The notes beneath the pieces were generated by a model, which was given only the letters and a program-made list of their open reading frames with translations, was not told the DNA's origin and did no database searches. From Promethearchaeota archaeon (GTDB lineage: Archaea > Asgardarchaeota > Lokiarchaeia > Sigyniarchaeales > SOKP01), in contig JAEOTA010000055.1 of the NCBI GenBank assembly GCA_016840085.1, forward strand, positions 1 through 64,000: 64,000 nt of DNA, read 5' to 3'. A program made the position numbers and the translations under genes. Every line of letters begins with the position of its first letter. Positions within the stretch are counted from its first letter, which is position 1. Of the stretch, positions 28,986-38,550 are shown one piece after another.

Positions 28986-29798
28986 TTATTTTTTATATAA
29001 GCCAAAGAAAATAATCAGAAAAACAAAAATGTCTACTAATTCAGCTAATATGATATACATTGCTACTTCCCCCAAAATGTTCTGCATAAGAGGTCGAAAA
29101 ATGTTTGAAAACAAGTAAAAAAGAAATCCAAGTGTTAAGATCCCGGGTTTAACTACGGTAAGACGTTTTAATCTGTAAGCTAAGAAAAAAATGTATACAA
29201 TTCCTATCAATGAGGGGATAACAATAGCAGGTAAAATCATACCCATAGTTGTATTATTTGGAGCTATTATTACTACAATGGATTCAACACAGACAATAAT
29301 TAGTATTATTGCAACTCGCAATTTATTCATATATTCTTTATCTTTTAACTTTTGAAACCTATCTTCTAATCTAAAAAAGATAATTTCAAGACCTAGGTAA
29401 ATTAAAGGTGCTACTTCGAAAATAATTATAAAAAATCTGAATTTTAGAAATAGTAAGACTATATCATCGTTAAATGTAAAAAAGGTAAGATCCCAAAGTA
29501 TATCGATTGCTTTTCCAAAAATTAGAATAAGGAAGAACAATCCTAACAAGAAAGGGATATCAGATAAATATTGTGCTTCTTGTTTAAACCATTTATGAAA
29601 TAAATAAAAAACAGTGATAATTAAGATTATAATTCTGATGGAAATTATCAAAACAACTTCAAATGCTCCTTCATAGTCTTGAAAAGCTTGAATAATAAGT
29701 GCCCAATTAATATAATAGAATATACTAACCCCAATAATGGCTAAAGTAACACAAATGATTAGACTTAATTGATATAGCCCTTTTTTTGATATTCCCAT
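28986..29798 (-). CDS. Multi-pass membrane protein
   Basis: About 7-8 hydrophobic segments. Confidence 0.75.
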   Translation of the reverse strand: MGISKKGLYQLSLIICVTLAIIGVSIFYYINWALIIQAFQDYEGAFEVVLIISIRIIILIITVFYLFHKWFKQEAQYLSDIPFLLGLFFLILIFGKAIDILWDLTFFTFNDDIVLLFLKFRFFIIIFEVAPLIYLGLEIIFFRLEDRFQKLKDKEYMNKLRVAIILIIVCVESIVVIIAPNNTTMGMILPAIVIPSLIGIVYIFFLAYRLKRLTVVKPGILTLGFLFYLFSNIFRPLMQNILGEVAMYIILAELVDIFVFLIIFFGLYKK

Positions 29799-29911
29799 AT
29801 ATATTGATATAATCTAATAAATTTAAATTGAACCAAAAAAAAAAATTACAAATCCAAATTAAAAATCAATTTTTATCAAAAAGATAAGATCTCATTTTTT
29901 TATTGACATTA

Positions 29912-31054
29912 TCATCTTCGCCTTTTTCGAAATAAATTTTTAATGGTCTCTATTTGACTCTTATTTGGATCCTTTTCAATTTGATTATGAATTAATTTTA
30001 AAAACTCAAATGGAGAAGTACCAATTTTTTCTAAAAATTCAATTACTTCTTGTTCTTTAAATTTATTTTCAAGAATTAATGGTGCTACAATTCTGAGAGT
30101 TCTTAACCATTTTTTCCGCGATTGAGGATTTTGACGTACTAGTTCTGCATACTGATAGGCATATAGAATACCTCCATATCTGTTGAAATCATAAAAAGTA
30201 GCAGCATGAACTACATTGCAATTAGTTAAAAGTGGATCAGCATGTCCTTTTTTAATGTAATTCTTAGATTCTACTAGATTAATTACATCTTCTTCTCTAT
30301 AAGGAATTACATGATAGGGTAATATTACTCTTGGAATTCTTCCATGATTAATATCTTCCTCTGTTAAATAACATTTTCTATCCTTATCATCAAATGTAGG
30401 ATTATCTATTATCTCTGGTCTCCATTTTCTTATGATTTCTTCTTGTGGTATCTCAAAAAAGTACCTGAATATTTGATCTGGAGAATATCCAAATAATACA
30501 TATGGTATTTCATTTTTTATAGCTTCTTTTACGATAATACTGTGGATTAAGTCTGAGCAATAATCACATATATATCGAGTTAAAAAAATATCATTAGATT
30601 TATGGTTTAGAAAAAGGTATCTGTAAAGTTTAGTAAATGTAGTAGCCACATTTTCGACCATTATATGGTCCACTTGTATCTTGCTTAATGTATCTTTTAT
30701 ATTTTCCTTAGCAATATTTGTCATATAACCTGTATCTGAAGTTACTGCTAATGGTTTCAAATCAAGCCCATTAACCAAGTAATCCAAAAGGGCTGTGGAA
30801 TCTTTTCCGCCTGAGTAACCAACTACACATTCATATTTCACTTTCCTATGATTATTTGCCATTTTCAATATTATGTTATTCCAATCAATAATTGCATTTT
30901 GCCTTCTCTCAGTATTAATTATTGAACGGGACCAATTAACATTTTTATGATCTGGATTAGCACAAAACTCGCATACACCATCTAAATTAAGGTGCACACC
31001 TAGAAATCCATCAGGCAAAATGCAATTTCCACAGATACTTTGTTGTTCAATCAT
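29912..31054 (-). CDS. PP-loop N-acetyl-sugar amidotransferase-like protein
   Basis: N-terminal CxxC...CxxC, VVGYSGGKDS, CDYC. Confidence 0.75.
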   Translation of the reverse strand: MIEQQSICGNCILPDGFLGVHLNLDGVCEFCANPDHKNVNWSRSIINTERRQNAIIDWNNIILKMANNHRKVKYECVVGYSGGKDSTALLDYLVNGLDLKPLAVTSDTGYMTNIAKENIKDTLSKIQVDHIMVENVATTFTKLYRYLFLNHKSNDIFLTRYICDYCSDLIHSIIVKEAIKNEIPYVLFGYSPDQIFRYFFEIPQEEIIRKWRPEIIDNPTFDDKDRKCYLTEEDINHGRIPRVILPYHVIPYREEDVINLVESKNYIKKGHADPLLTNCNVVHAATFYDFNRYGGILYAYQYAELVRQNPQSRKKWLRTLRIVAPLILENKFKEQEVIEFLEKIGTSPFEFLKLIHNQIEKDPNKSQIETIKNLFRKRRR

Positions 31055-31100
31055 ATACTCTCTTTATCCTCACAGTTTTTAATTGTAAACAAATTGAGAG

Positions 31101-31154
31101 TATATAAAGAAAAAAATATGCAAATTACACCGAATCACTTTTTTCTTTATATAT
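31101..31154. promoter_or_regulatory. Back-to-back pair of T-rich promoter motifs
   Basis: Minus 31101-31116 TTTTTTTCTTTATATA and plus 31139-31154 TTTTTTCTTTATATAT, each facing a divergent gene. Confidence 0.7.
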
Positions 31155-31204
31155 AGATGAATGACTAATTGATCAATTTTTAAAAATAATAAAAGAGGTA
31201 AAAA

Positions 31205-32362
31205 ATGGTTCAAGTTTTATATGAAACTGAAAAAGATATAATTAAAGTTAGGGAATCCCATGATATCAAAGAGATTAATAAAGTGTTACATTCTATTTTA
31301 TTTGTACCAGATGTTAGAGTAAAACAGAATATAATCGAAGAATTATGTAGATATTTAACTTTTAAATTATCTAATCCAGAATACAAACTTAAGGCATTTA
31401 TTGCTCAAAATGGTTTAGAAATTTGTGGATTCGTTATATGTCAGATCGATCCATATTATACAAGTTATAGTAGAAAATGTGGTATATTTGGTTGGCTTCA
31501 TGCAAAAAATCTTAATATATGCAAAGAACTGATGAGAGAATGCGAATTATTCATAAAGAAGCATAAAGTTAGAAAATTGAGGGGAAATATTAATTTTCCA
31601 AAGAATCTTGGTGGGATTGGTATTCAAACTAGTGGATTTAACCAACAAATTCTTTATGGTGTAGCATTTAATAGCCCCCAATCTAAAGTTATAGACTATC
31701 TAGAAGAGTTAGGATATATCAGAGAATCTCAATATACATGTGTATATGTTGCACAAAAGACATGGGAAAAAGGTAAACGAATTGACAAAGATATAGTATT
31801 TAAATATGTTAACTTAAAGAAGTTATATGATTTAGTAGATGAAATAAGAGCATTGGCAAATAACTCATTTCATGAAATATTACCTGATGCATCAGGAAGA
31901 AATCGAATCTATGAATTTTTTGAAGCGTTTAAACAAATCCCTAAATCTTGGTATAGAATTCAATATGACTTCAATCCAAAAAGCTATTCAGATATCCCAC
32001 ACTTTATTGAAGCATGGGAATCATGCGATCTTAAAAAAATTGAACCTTTAGCTCCGATGGCTTTTGATAGAAAAACAGGGGAATTAGTAGGTATTTTGCT
32101 TGGACTTCCAGATTTATATGAATCATGGATTGGAGATCCTATTACTCGTGTGAATGTAGACACAGCAATGGTTAAAAAAGGTTATTTTGGAAAGGGGATT
32201 TTTTCAGCATTGAATAATCTTGGTCAATTAACTGCGAATTTATTTGGAGTAAATTATTTTGAAGGTACTGCAATTTGGTCTAATAACTCTAGAGCAATTG
32301 ATACTATCTTTCCTCATTGTACTCCAATTCGTAAGCATTATGTAATGCAAAAAAGAATTTAA
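31205..32362 (+). CDS. Tandem GNAT-fold protein (YghO-like)
   Basis: GIFGW, LRGNINF, VGILLGLPD, YFGKGI acetyl-CoA-loop-like motif. Confidence 0.6.
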   Translation: MVQVLYETEKDIIKVRESHDIKEINKVLHSILFVPDVRVKQNIIEELCRYLTFKLSNPEYKLKAFIAQNGLEICGFVICQIDPYYTSYSRKCGIFGWLHAKNLNICKELMRECELFIKKHKVRKLRGNINFPKNLGGIGIQTSGFNQQILYGVAFNSPQSKVIDYLEELGYIRESQYTCVYVAQKTWEKGKRIDKDIVFKYVNLKKLYDLVDEIRALANNSFHEILPDASGRNRIYEFFEAFKQIPKSWYRIQYDFNPKSYSDIPHFIEAWESCDLKKIEPLAPMAFDRKTGELVGILLGLPDLYESWIGDPITRVNVDTAMVKKGYFGKGIFSALNNLGQLTANLFGVNYFEGTAIWSNNSRAIDTIFPHCTPIRKHYVMQKRI

Positions 32363-32416
32363 ATAAATTAAATATCAATTATCCCATTAGTTTTCCATTC
32401 ACTTTATTTTACATTT

Positions 32417-32710
32417 TTGCAAAATAGTTTAATAATAGTGCTGTTTATATTATTCTTGACAAAAATTTTTATCATGATATTTATGAAAAACATTAATACA
32501 GAATACTATTGTCCAAGGTGTCAATCGAGAGATGTCATTGATTATGGGGATTATATTCACTGTCTCAATTGTGAATTAGATTTTAATAAAGAATTAATAG
32601 GACAGATTGATGATGAAGATATATTATCGCGTCAAGAATTAGGAGGCTTTACTAAAGCATTTGAGGATGATTTTGAGCGTCCTAAAAAACGTAAGAAGCC
32701 TTTGGAATAG
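32417..32710 (+). CDS. Small Zn-ribbon protein
   Basis: CPRC...CLNC; a downstream ATG is the likely start. Confidence 0.65.
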   Translation: MQNSLIIVLFILFLTKIFIMIFMKNINTEYYCPRCQSRDVIDYGDYIHCLNCELDFNKELIGQIDDEDILSRQELGGFTKAFEDDFERPKKRKKPLE

Positions 32711-32759
32711 TAAAATAAAATTAGATTTGAATCAACTTAACTTATTTAAAGACAATCTA

Positions 32760-33389
32760 TCAAAGTTCAATTTCCTCTCCTATAGAAAGAAACTTAGAAA
32801 TGATGGTATTTTTTCTCAAAAGTTCTATTAATTTTCGAGCTTCTTCTTCTTTCTCATAGTTAAAATGATATGGAATAACTAATTTTGGTGAAATTAGCTT
32901 TAGAAATTCTAAATAATCCTCAAAATTGCTCTCAAAACAAGCAATAAAGCATAGATCGATGCTGTTTTTAAGTGTTTTTATGTCACTTGAAAAATTTGCT
33001 GAATCTGCAGTATGTAGGATTTTGTAATCGTCGATAACGATTAAATAAGCTACACATCCCGGTGCTTTCCAACAATCATTTTCAAATACTTCTACATATC
33101 CATTAGTAAGATCAATTTTTGAAGTTGGTTCAATAAGAATAAAATCGATGTTTAGTTCTTCAAATACACAAAGAGGGCCATATATCTCAAGTTCTTTCCC
33201 TTCTATTGAGAAATTATTTTGGATCTCCTGTAATTTTTCTTGATTAACATGGTCTGAGTGATGATGAGTTAAAAAGATTTTTTCGATTCCTGTAGTTGGC
33301 TCTCTCAAGAAAGTTGGATCAATAATAATATGATCTTGTTTACCAATGAGTTCTACACATGCGTTTCCTAAAAAGCGAATATTAACCAT
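32760..33389 (-). CDS. MBL-fold metallo-hydrolase
   Basis: IIIDP, THHHSDH, HTAD, IPYH. Confidence 0.85.
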   Translation of the reverse strand: MVNIRFLGNACVELIGKQDHIIIDPTFLREPTTGIEKIFLTHHHSDHVNQEKLQEIQNNFSIEGKELEIYGPLCVFEELNIDFILIEPTSKIDLTNGYVEVFENDCWKAPGCVAYLIVIDDYKILHTADSANFSSDIKTLKNSIDLCFIACFESNFEDYLEFLKLISPKLVIPYHFNYEKEEEARKLIELLRKNTIISKFLSIGEEIEL

Positions 33390-33419
33390 ATATTATATCA
33401 CTATAAATTTGGATTTCTA

Positions 33420-34640
33420 TCATTCTTGAAAATAAGTTGTGGATTTTTTTTCTTCTGGAAATTTTTTTGTATAACATCTAAGTGGATAATCATTTGGTAT
33501 TGCCGCAAGACAACGATTGCAAGAGATACAAGCGGCAGCCTCTTGCTTTCCTTCTTTAATATTTTTTACAAGAAATGGTTCCCTTATAAATGGACGTGAC
33601 ATAGATATGAAATTAGCATATTTATTTTTTATTATCTCTTCCATAGCGGCTTTATTTCTCAAACCACCAACCAGGATTAAGGGAACATCTCCCATAACTG
33701 GTTTAATCATTTTTGCTGCTTCGAGATTATATGCTTCCTCAAAATCATATTTTCCGACCATATCTTGATATATTTGTTCTGTCATTGTTTTCAGATAATC
33801 TGGAACAAATTGTACAATTTCTTTTACGGGAACCTTCCCCCGGCACATGTTAAATACAGCATACGTTGATGAACCACAGCTTATTTCTATAGCATCAATT
33901 CCTAGTTTTACTAACCACTCAGAATATTTTGTTGCTAATGGTGGAGTTATACCTTCTGTAGGAGTATAATCATTGGCATTTAATTTTATCAAAAGTGGTA
34001 TGTCTGCTGGTAAAATTTTTTTAGTTTTAGTTATAATTTCCTTCAAGTATCGAAATCTTTTTTCGTCAGAACCACCCCAATCATCTTGTCTGCAATTGTA
34101 GAAAGGAGATAGAAATTGATTGATTAAATAACCATGAGCAGCATGTAATTGGACTGCATCTGCACCAGTTTCAACTGCACGTCTTGCAGCTTTGATAAAA
34201 GCTTCTATAGATTCTTGAATATCTTCCTCAGTCATTTCTCTTGAATAATCTATTGAAATAGGGTTTATTATATCTCCAGAGGGCCCCATAGGAGTTGTTC
34301 CTATTAATCTATTAAAAGTTTGCAAACCAGCGTGTACTATCTGAAATGCAACTTTCCCATCTTCTTCATGTATAATATCAACAATCTTTTTCAGGCCAGG
34401 AATTAAGTCATCATTATATATTCCTGTTTGATGTTTAAATGCTTGGCCTAAAGGATGAATATACATGTATCCGGGAATGATTAATCCAACTTCCCCTTTC
34501 GCAAGAGTTCTGTGCAGTTTTACCAACTCATTAGTAACTTCACCATTATCTTTTGCCATATTTTCTATTGTTGCTGATCGTACAAATCGGTTTTTTACTT
34601 CCATTTTACCAATTTTCAGAGGTTCAAACAAAATTGACAT
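33420..34640 (-). CDS. NADH:flavin oxidoreductase (old yellow enzyme family)
   Basis: KNRFVRSA, HAAHGYLINQFLSP, C-terminal CISCNRC. Confidence 0.9.
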   Translation of the reverse strand: MSILFEPLKIGKMEVKNRFVRSATIENMAKDNGEVTNELVKLHRTLAKGEVGLIIPGYMYIHPLGQAFKHQTGIYNDDLIPGLKKIVDIIHEEDGKVAFQIVHAGLQTFNRLIGTTPMGPSGDIINPISIDYSREMTEEDIQESIEAFIKAARRAVETGADAVQLHAAHGYLINQFLSPFYNCRQDDWGGSDEKRFRYLKEIITKTKKILPADIPLLIKLNANDYTPTEGITPPLATKYSEWLVKLGIDAIEISCGSSTYAVFNMCRGKVPVKEIVQFVPDYLKTMTEQIYQDMVGKYDFEEAYNLEAAKMIKPVMGDVPLILVGGLRNKAAMEEIIKNKYANFISMSRPFIREPFLVKNIKEGKQEAAACISCNRCLAAIPNDYPLRCYTKKFPEEKKSTTYFQE

Positions 34641-34745
34641 ATAAATTCGCCCAATCTAATTTTATTTTAAGTAATTAATCTCTGACATTATTTATATCTT
34701 GCAGAATTCAATAAACATTAAATTTAATTGATTTTTGTATAGATT

Positions 34746-35153
34746 ATGTCTGAACCTAATCCACTTAAATCGAAAGGATTTCACCCATTTGGTGATTTAA
34801 TTGGGTTTGAATTTACTGAATTGAAAAAAGGATATTCTCAATGCGTTTTAAAGATAGATAAGAACCACTTTAATCCACATAAAACTGTTCATGGAGGTGT
34901 TATGTATTCAATGGCAGATACTGGTATGGGAGGTGCCTTATATTCTTTATTAGAAAAAGATGAACTGTGTGCAACAGTAGAACTTAAAATTACCTATTTT
35001 AAACCTGTTAGAGAAGGAACTATTATTTGTAATACAAAAGTAATTCATAGGGGGAAATCATTTGGTGTTCTAGAATCGGAAATTATAAATGGTGAAATAC
35101 TGGTTTCTAAAGCATATGGAACCTTTTCAATTTTTAAGGTTAAAAAAGAGTAA
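34746..35153 (+). CDS. PaaI-family thioesterase
   Basis: NPHKTVHGGVMYSMAD. Confidence 0.9.
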   Translation: MSEPNPLKSKGFHPFGDLIGFEFTELKKGYSQCVLKIDKNHFNPHKTVHGGVMYSMADTGMGGALYSLLEKDELCATVELKITYFKPVREGTIICNTKVIHRGKSFGVLESEIINGEILVSKAYGTFSIFKVKKE

Positions 35154-35239
35154 TTACTAATTTTAAACTCCTTTATACTTTATATTTTAAAAATAAATCT
35201 TATTCTTAGTAATTAAACAACAAAAAATATGATAAAAAA

Positions 35240-35590
35240 ATGAAAGGAAAGGCTTATCGAGTAATTGAAGATTATGATTCTGATTACACCGAACCGCTTG
35301 TAATTACTAAAGGTGAAATTTTAACAATTGGAGAAAAAGAAAGTGAATGGTCAGGTTGGATTTGGTGTACTAATAAATTTGGTAAACGCCGTTGGGTACC
35401 TGAAAATTATCTTGAAATTCATGGTAATACATGTAAAGCAAGACAAGATTATGAAGCAACAGAACTCTCCGTTAAGATTGGTGAGAGACTGATCGCTGAA
35501 AAAGAAGAAGCTGATTGGATTTGGGCAACTAATGAAAGAGGAAAAAGTGGTTGGGTACCTTTAAGAAATATAAAAATTCTTAAAAAATAA
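35240..35590 (+). CDS. Tandem SH3-domain protein
   Basis: DYD...L...KGE...GW.W...WVPENYL, repeated twice. Confidence 0.8.
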   Translation: MKGKAYRVIEDYDSDYTEPLVITKGEILTIGEKESEWSGWIWCTNKFGKRRWVPENYLEIHGNTCKARQDYEATELSVKIGERLIAEKEEADWIWATNERGKSGWVPLRNIKILKK

Positions 35591-35609
35591 TCTTAGTAAG
35601 ATAAAAAAA

Positions 35610-36665
35610 TTAATTTAGCAAGTTTTGAACGAATTTTTTAATTTTTTCTATTGCTTCCTTAGATTCAGGCAATTCAGGAGTATTTTGAAACACATGTAAT
35701 GTGTCATCCCACGTTTGCATAGTAATATCAACCCCGGCTTCTTTTGCGCGTTTAAAAAATCTTCTAGAGTCATCAAAAAGCATTTCACTAGTACTTGCTT
35801 GAATCAATATAGGAGGTAATCCTTTTAAATTCGCATAGAGAGGAGAAACAGAAGGATCAAGAGGATTCTTCCCTGCTAAATGTGAATGAATCCACCATAT
35901 ATATCCTAAATCACCGAGAATAACATCAGTATAACAATTTTTTATTACAGATTGACCTTTTTGTGCCATATCTGTTGAAGGGGAAAGGCAAACTGCTCCA
36001 GCGGGTAGAGTTATTCCAGCATCTCTTAGTTTCAGGAGAGTCAAAAGGGTGTAATATCCCCCTGCAGAATCTCCAGAAATAATGATATGATTAGACTCAA
36101 TTCCAGATGATAGGAGCCATTTGTAAGCTGAAACACAATCCTCCAAAGCTGCAGGGTGAGGGTCCTCAGGAACAAGACGATAATTTATACTTAATACCCT
36201 TATATTGGTAAATTTTGTCAATTCCAATGTAAATAACTTATGAGTATTAACAGACCCCATGATATGGCCTCCCCCATGGATATATAAAATAGCTCGATCT
36301 TTACTTGACCCCGGATATGCGTGCTATTCAGCAGGCACACGATTTGCTTTAACTGGTTCTACAATTGCATCTTCTGGAATTGGAGTTAATTGTTGTTTAT
36401 AGTCTGTACTATATTCATAATAAAACCGTAAATGTTTTGTTAATAATAACATCTCTTCCATCGATAACATACCTTTTACATCTTCTCCATTTAGCCAATG
36501 TCGGTTTAAATCACCAACCTTTTTCCAAAGAGGTCGATAATCTTCTATTTTATAACCTGTTTCCTCAAAAAATGCGTTATTCGCTACGTTCTGTATTTGT
36601 TTACGTTGTTCAATTATTTTATGAATCTCAGTACGATGAATTTTTGATATATCTACAATTGGTAT
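35610..36665 (-). pseudogene. HSL-family alpha/beta esterase interrupted by an in-frame TAG
   Basis: HGGG, GDSAG, HVF; frame continues upstream of 36260 through VPAE*(TAG 36324-36326) to ~36665. Confidence 0.7.
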
Positions 36666-36689
36666 GTGTCTTCACTTCTTTTTTATGTA

Positions 36690-38354
36690 CTATCTTTTAG
36701 AATACAAATCTTTATACTCTGTACGTATTAATTTTTTATTAAGTTTCCCTACACTGGTCCGAGGGATAGATTCTACAAATAAAATTTCATCAGGAAGTTG
36801 CCATTTAGCAAAAATGTTAGAAAGATATTCTAGAATTTCATCCTTACTCGTAGATTCAAAGCCTGCACGCAATACTATTAAAGCAAGAGGTCTTTCATCC
36901 CATTTTGGGTGTGGAATTCCTACAACAGAAGCTTCTAGAATTGCTTGATGTGAAACCAAAGTATTCTCCATATCGATCGAACTTATCCATTCACCTCCAC
37001 TTTTAATAACATCTTTTATTCTATCTGTAATCTTTAAAAATCCCTCAGAATCAAGAGATCCCGCATCACCACTTTTATAATATCCATCTTCAGTAAAATT
37101 TCCTTTTGTCTCAGGAGCATTATAATAGTTTGTGGTAATCCAAGGTCCACGTAAAAGTATTTCTCCTGAAGATTGTCCATCATGAGGAAGCTCATTTCCG
37201 CTTTCATCGACTAATTTAATATCTAATCCTGACGTGATTAGACCTTGTTTTTTCTTTAGATTCCATAATTCTGCTTCTGATAATTCTTTTTTTAGCCAAG
37301 GTTTAAATAAATTAAGTGTGGTTATTGCCATTGCTTCTGTAGAGCCATAAGAATGAATGATTTCACCACCAGTTTCCTCCCAAAATCCACGCATCAACGC
37401 AATAGGTGGTTCTGAACCTCCACAAATGAATCGTGTCTTAGAAAGATCAGGTTTTTGAGGCATTTTTCTTATTATTTCGAGCATTGACATGTATACAGCA
37501 GGAACAGCGCCCGATACTGTAACATTTTCCTGAACCATAATATTAGTAAGTTCTTCAAGATCATCTAAAGTCCATCTTCCAGAAAAGATGAGTTTAGCAC
37601 CGGCATAAGTGGCAGCTTGTGGTTTAGACCATCCAACCACATGAAACATCGGAACCAATTGGAAGACTACATCATTCATATTCATTGAGAATTGAGCTGT
37701 AAACATCATTGCTTGTAGATATACATTACGGTGCGAATAATACACGCCTTTTGGTTTTCCAGTAGTACCAGTCGTATAATTGGCAGCATACGCAGAATTC
37801 TCATCCAAATTTGGCCAATTATACTCTGGTGAGGCTTCATGTAATAGATCTTCATAACTATAAAGATGTCTGAGTGTTGTTTGTATTTCACTTAAATCTT
37901 TTTCAGTAATAATAATATATGCTCTTATGTTTTTACATAATGGCACAATAGATTCAGCTACGGTGATTAAATCTTCATCAACAATTATGAAGCTCGTACC
38001 TGAATGATTCACAACATACGCTAAATCTTTGGGTGCAAGCCTTAAATTTAATGAGACCATTACAGCTCCTATTCCTGGAAGCCCATAATAAATTTCAAAG
38101 TGATGATGACTATTCCATGCCAAAACTCCCACTCTATCTCCTATCTTTACTCCAATAGACTTTAAGCTATTTGCAAGACGTTTCATTCTTTCATAAGAAT
38201 CTTTATATGTATACCGAAACAAAGTTCCATCAAGTTTTCTGCTAACAATCTCTTGTCTTGCAAAATTTCTTATTCCTTGTTTCATAAGGTTAATTACATT
38301 AAGTTGATAATTCTCTTTTGGGTCTTCAGCAGGAAACCCCTTTACTATTTTCAT
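36690..38354 (-). CDS. Fatty-acyl-CoA ligase (AlkK-like)
   Basis: YTTGTTGKPKG, YGSTE, SGD, DRIKDVIKSGGEWISS. Confidence 0.9.
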   Translation of the reverse strand: MKIVKGFPAEDPKENYQLNVINLMKQGIRNFARQEIVSRKLDGTLFRYTYKDSYERMKRLANSLKSIGVKIGDRVGVLAWNSHHHFEIYYGLPGIGAVMVSLNLRLAPKDLAYVVNHSGTSFIIVDEDLITVAESIVPLCKNIRAYIIITEKDLSEIQTTLRHLYSYEDLLHEASPEYNWPNLDENSAYAANYTTGTTGKPKGVYYSHRNVYLQAMMFTAQFSMNMNDVVFQLVPMFHVVGWSKPQAATYAGAKLIFSGRWTLDDLEELTNIMVQENVTVSGAVPAVYMSMLEIIRKMPQKPDLSKTRFICGGSEPPIALMRGFWEETGGEIIHSYGSTEAMAITTLNLFKPWLKKELSEAELWNLKKKQGLITSGLDIKLVDESGNELPHDGQSSGEILLRGPWITTNYYNAPETKGNFTEDGYYKSGDAGSLDSEGFLKITDRIKDVIKSGGEWISSIDMENTLVSHQAILEASVVGIPHPKWDERPLALIVLRAGFESTSKDEILEYLSNIFAKWQLPDEILFVESIPRTSVGKLNKKLIRTEYKDLYSKR

Positions 38355-38550
38355 GAGTAATTCACTTCAGATTTTAATAAATACTATCAATATTTGTAAT
38401 TTAATTTATTTTATTAGTACACGATTTTTACGATAGTGAATTTTCTTCTATTTTTTTCAGCATATTCAATTTTTTTTTCTTACTTTACCAAATTAATAAA
38501 TACTAATTTATCAATAATATGAGTATTTTTAACAAAATCATTATAATAAA

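Noticed and set aside
36365-36948. Plus-strand ORFs 36365-36700 and 36664-36948
   Set aside because: Antisense shadows of the interrupted esterase and the acyl-CoA ligase
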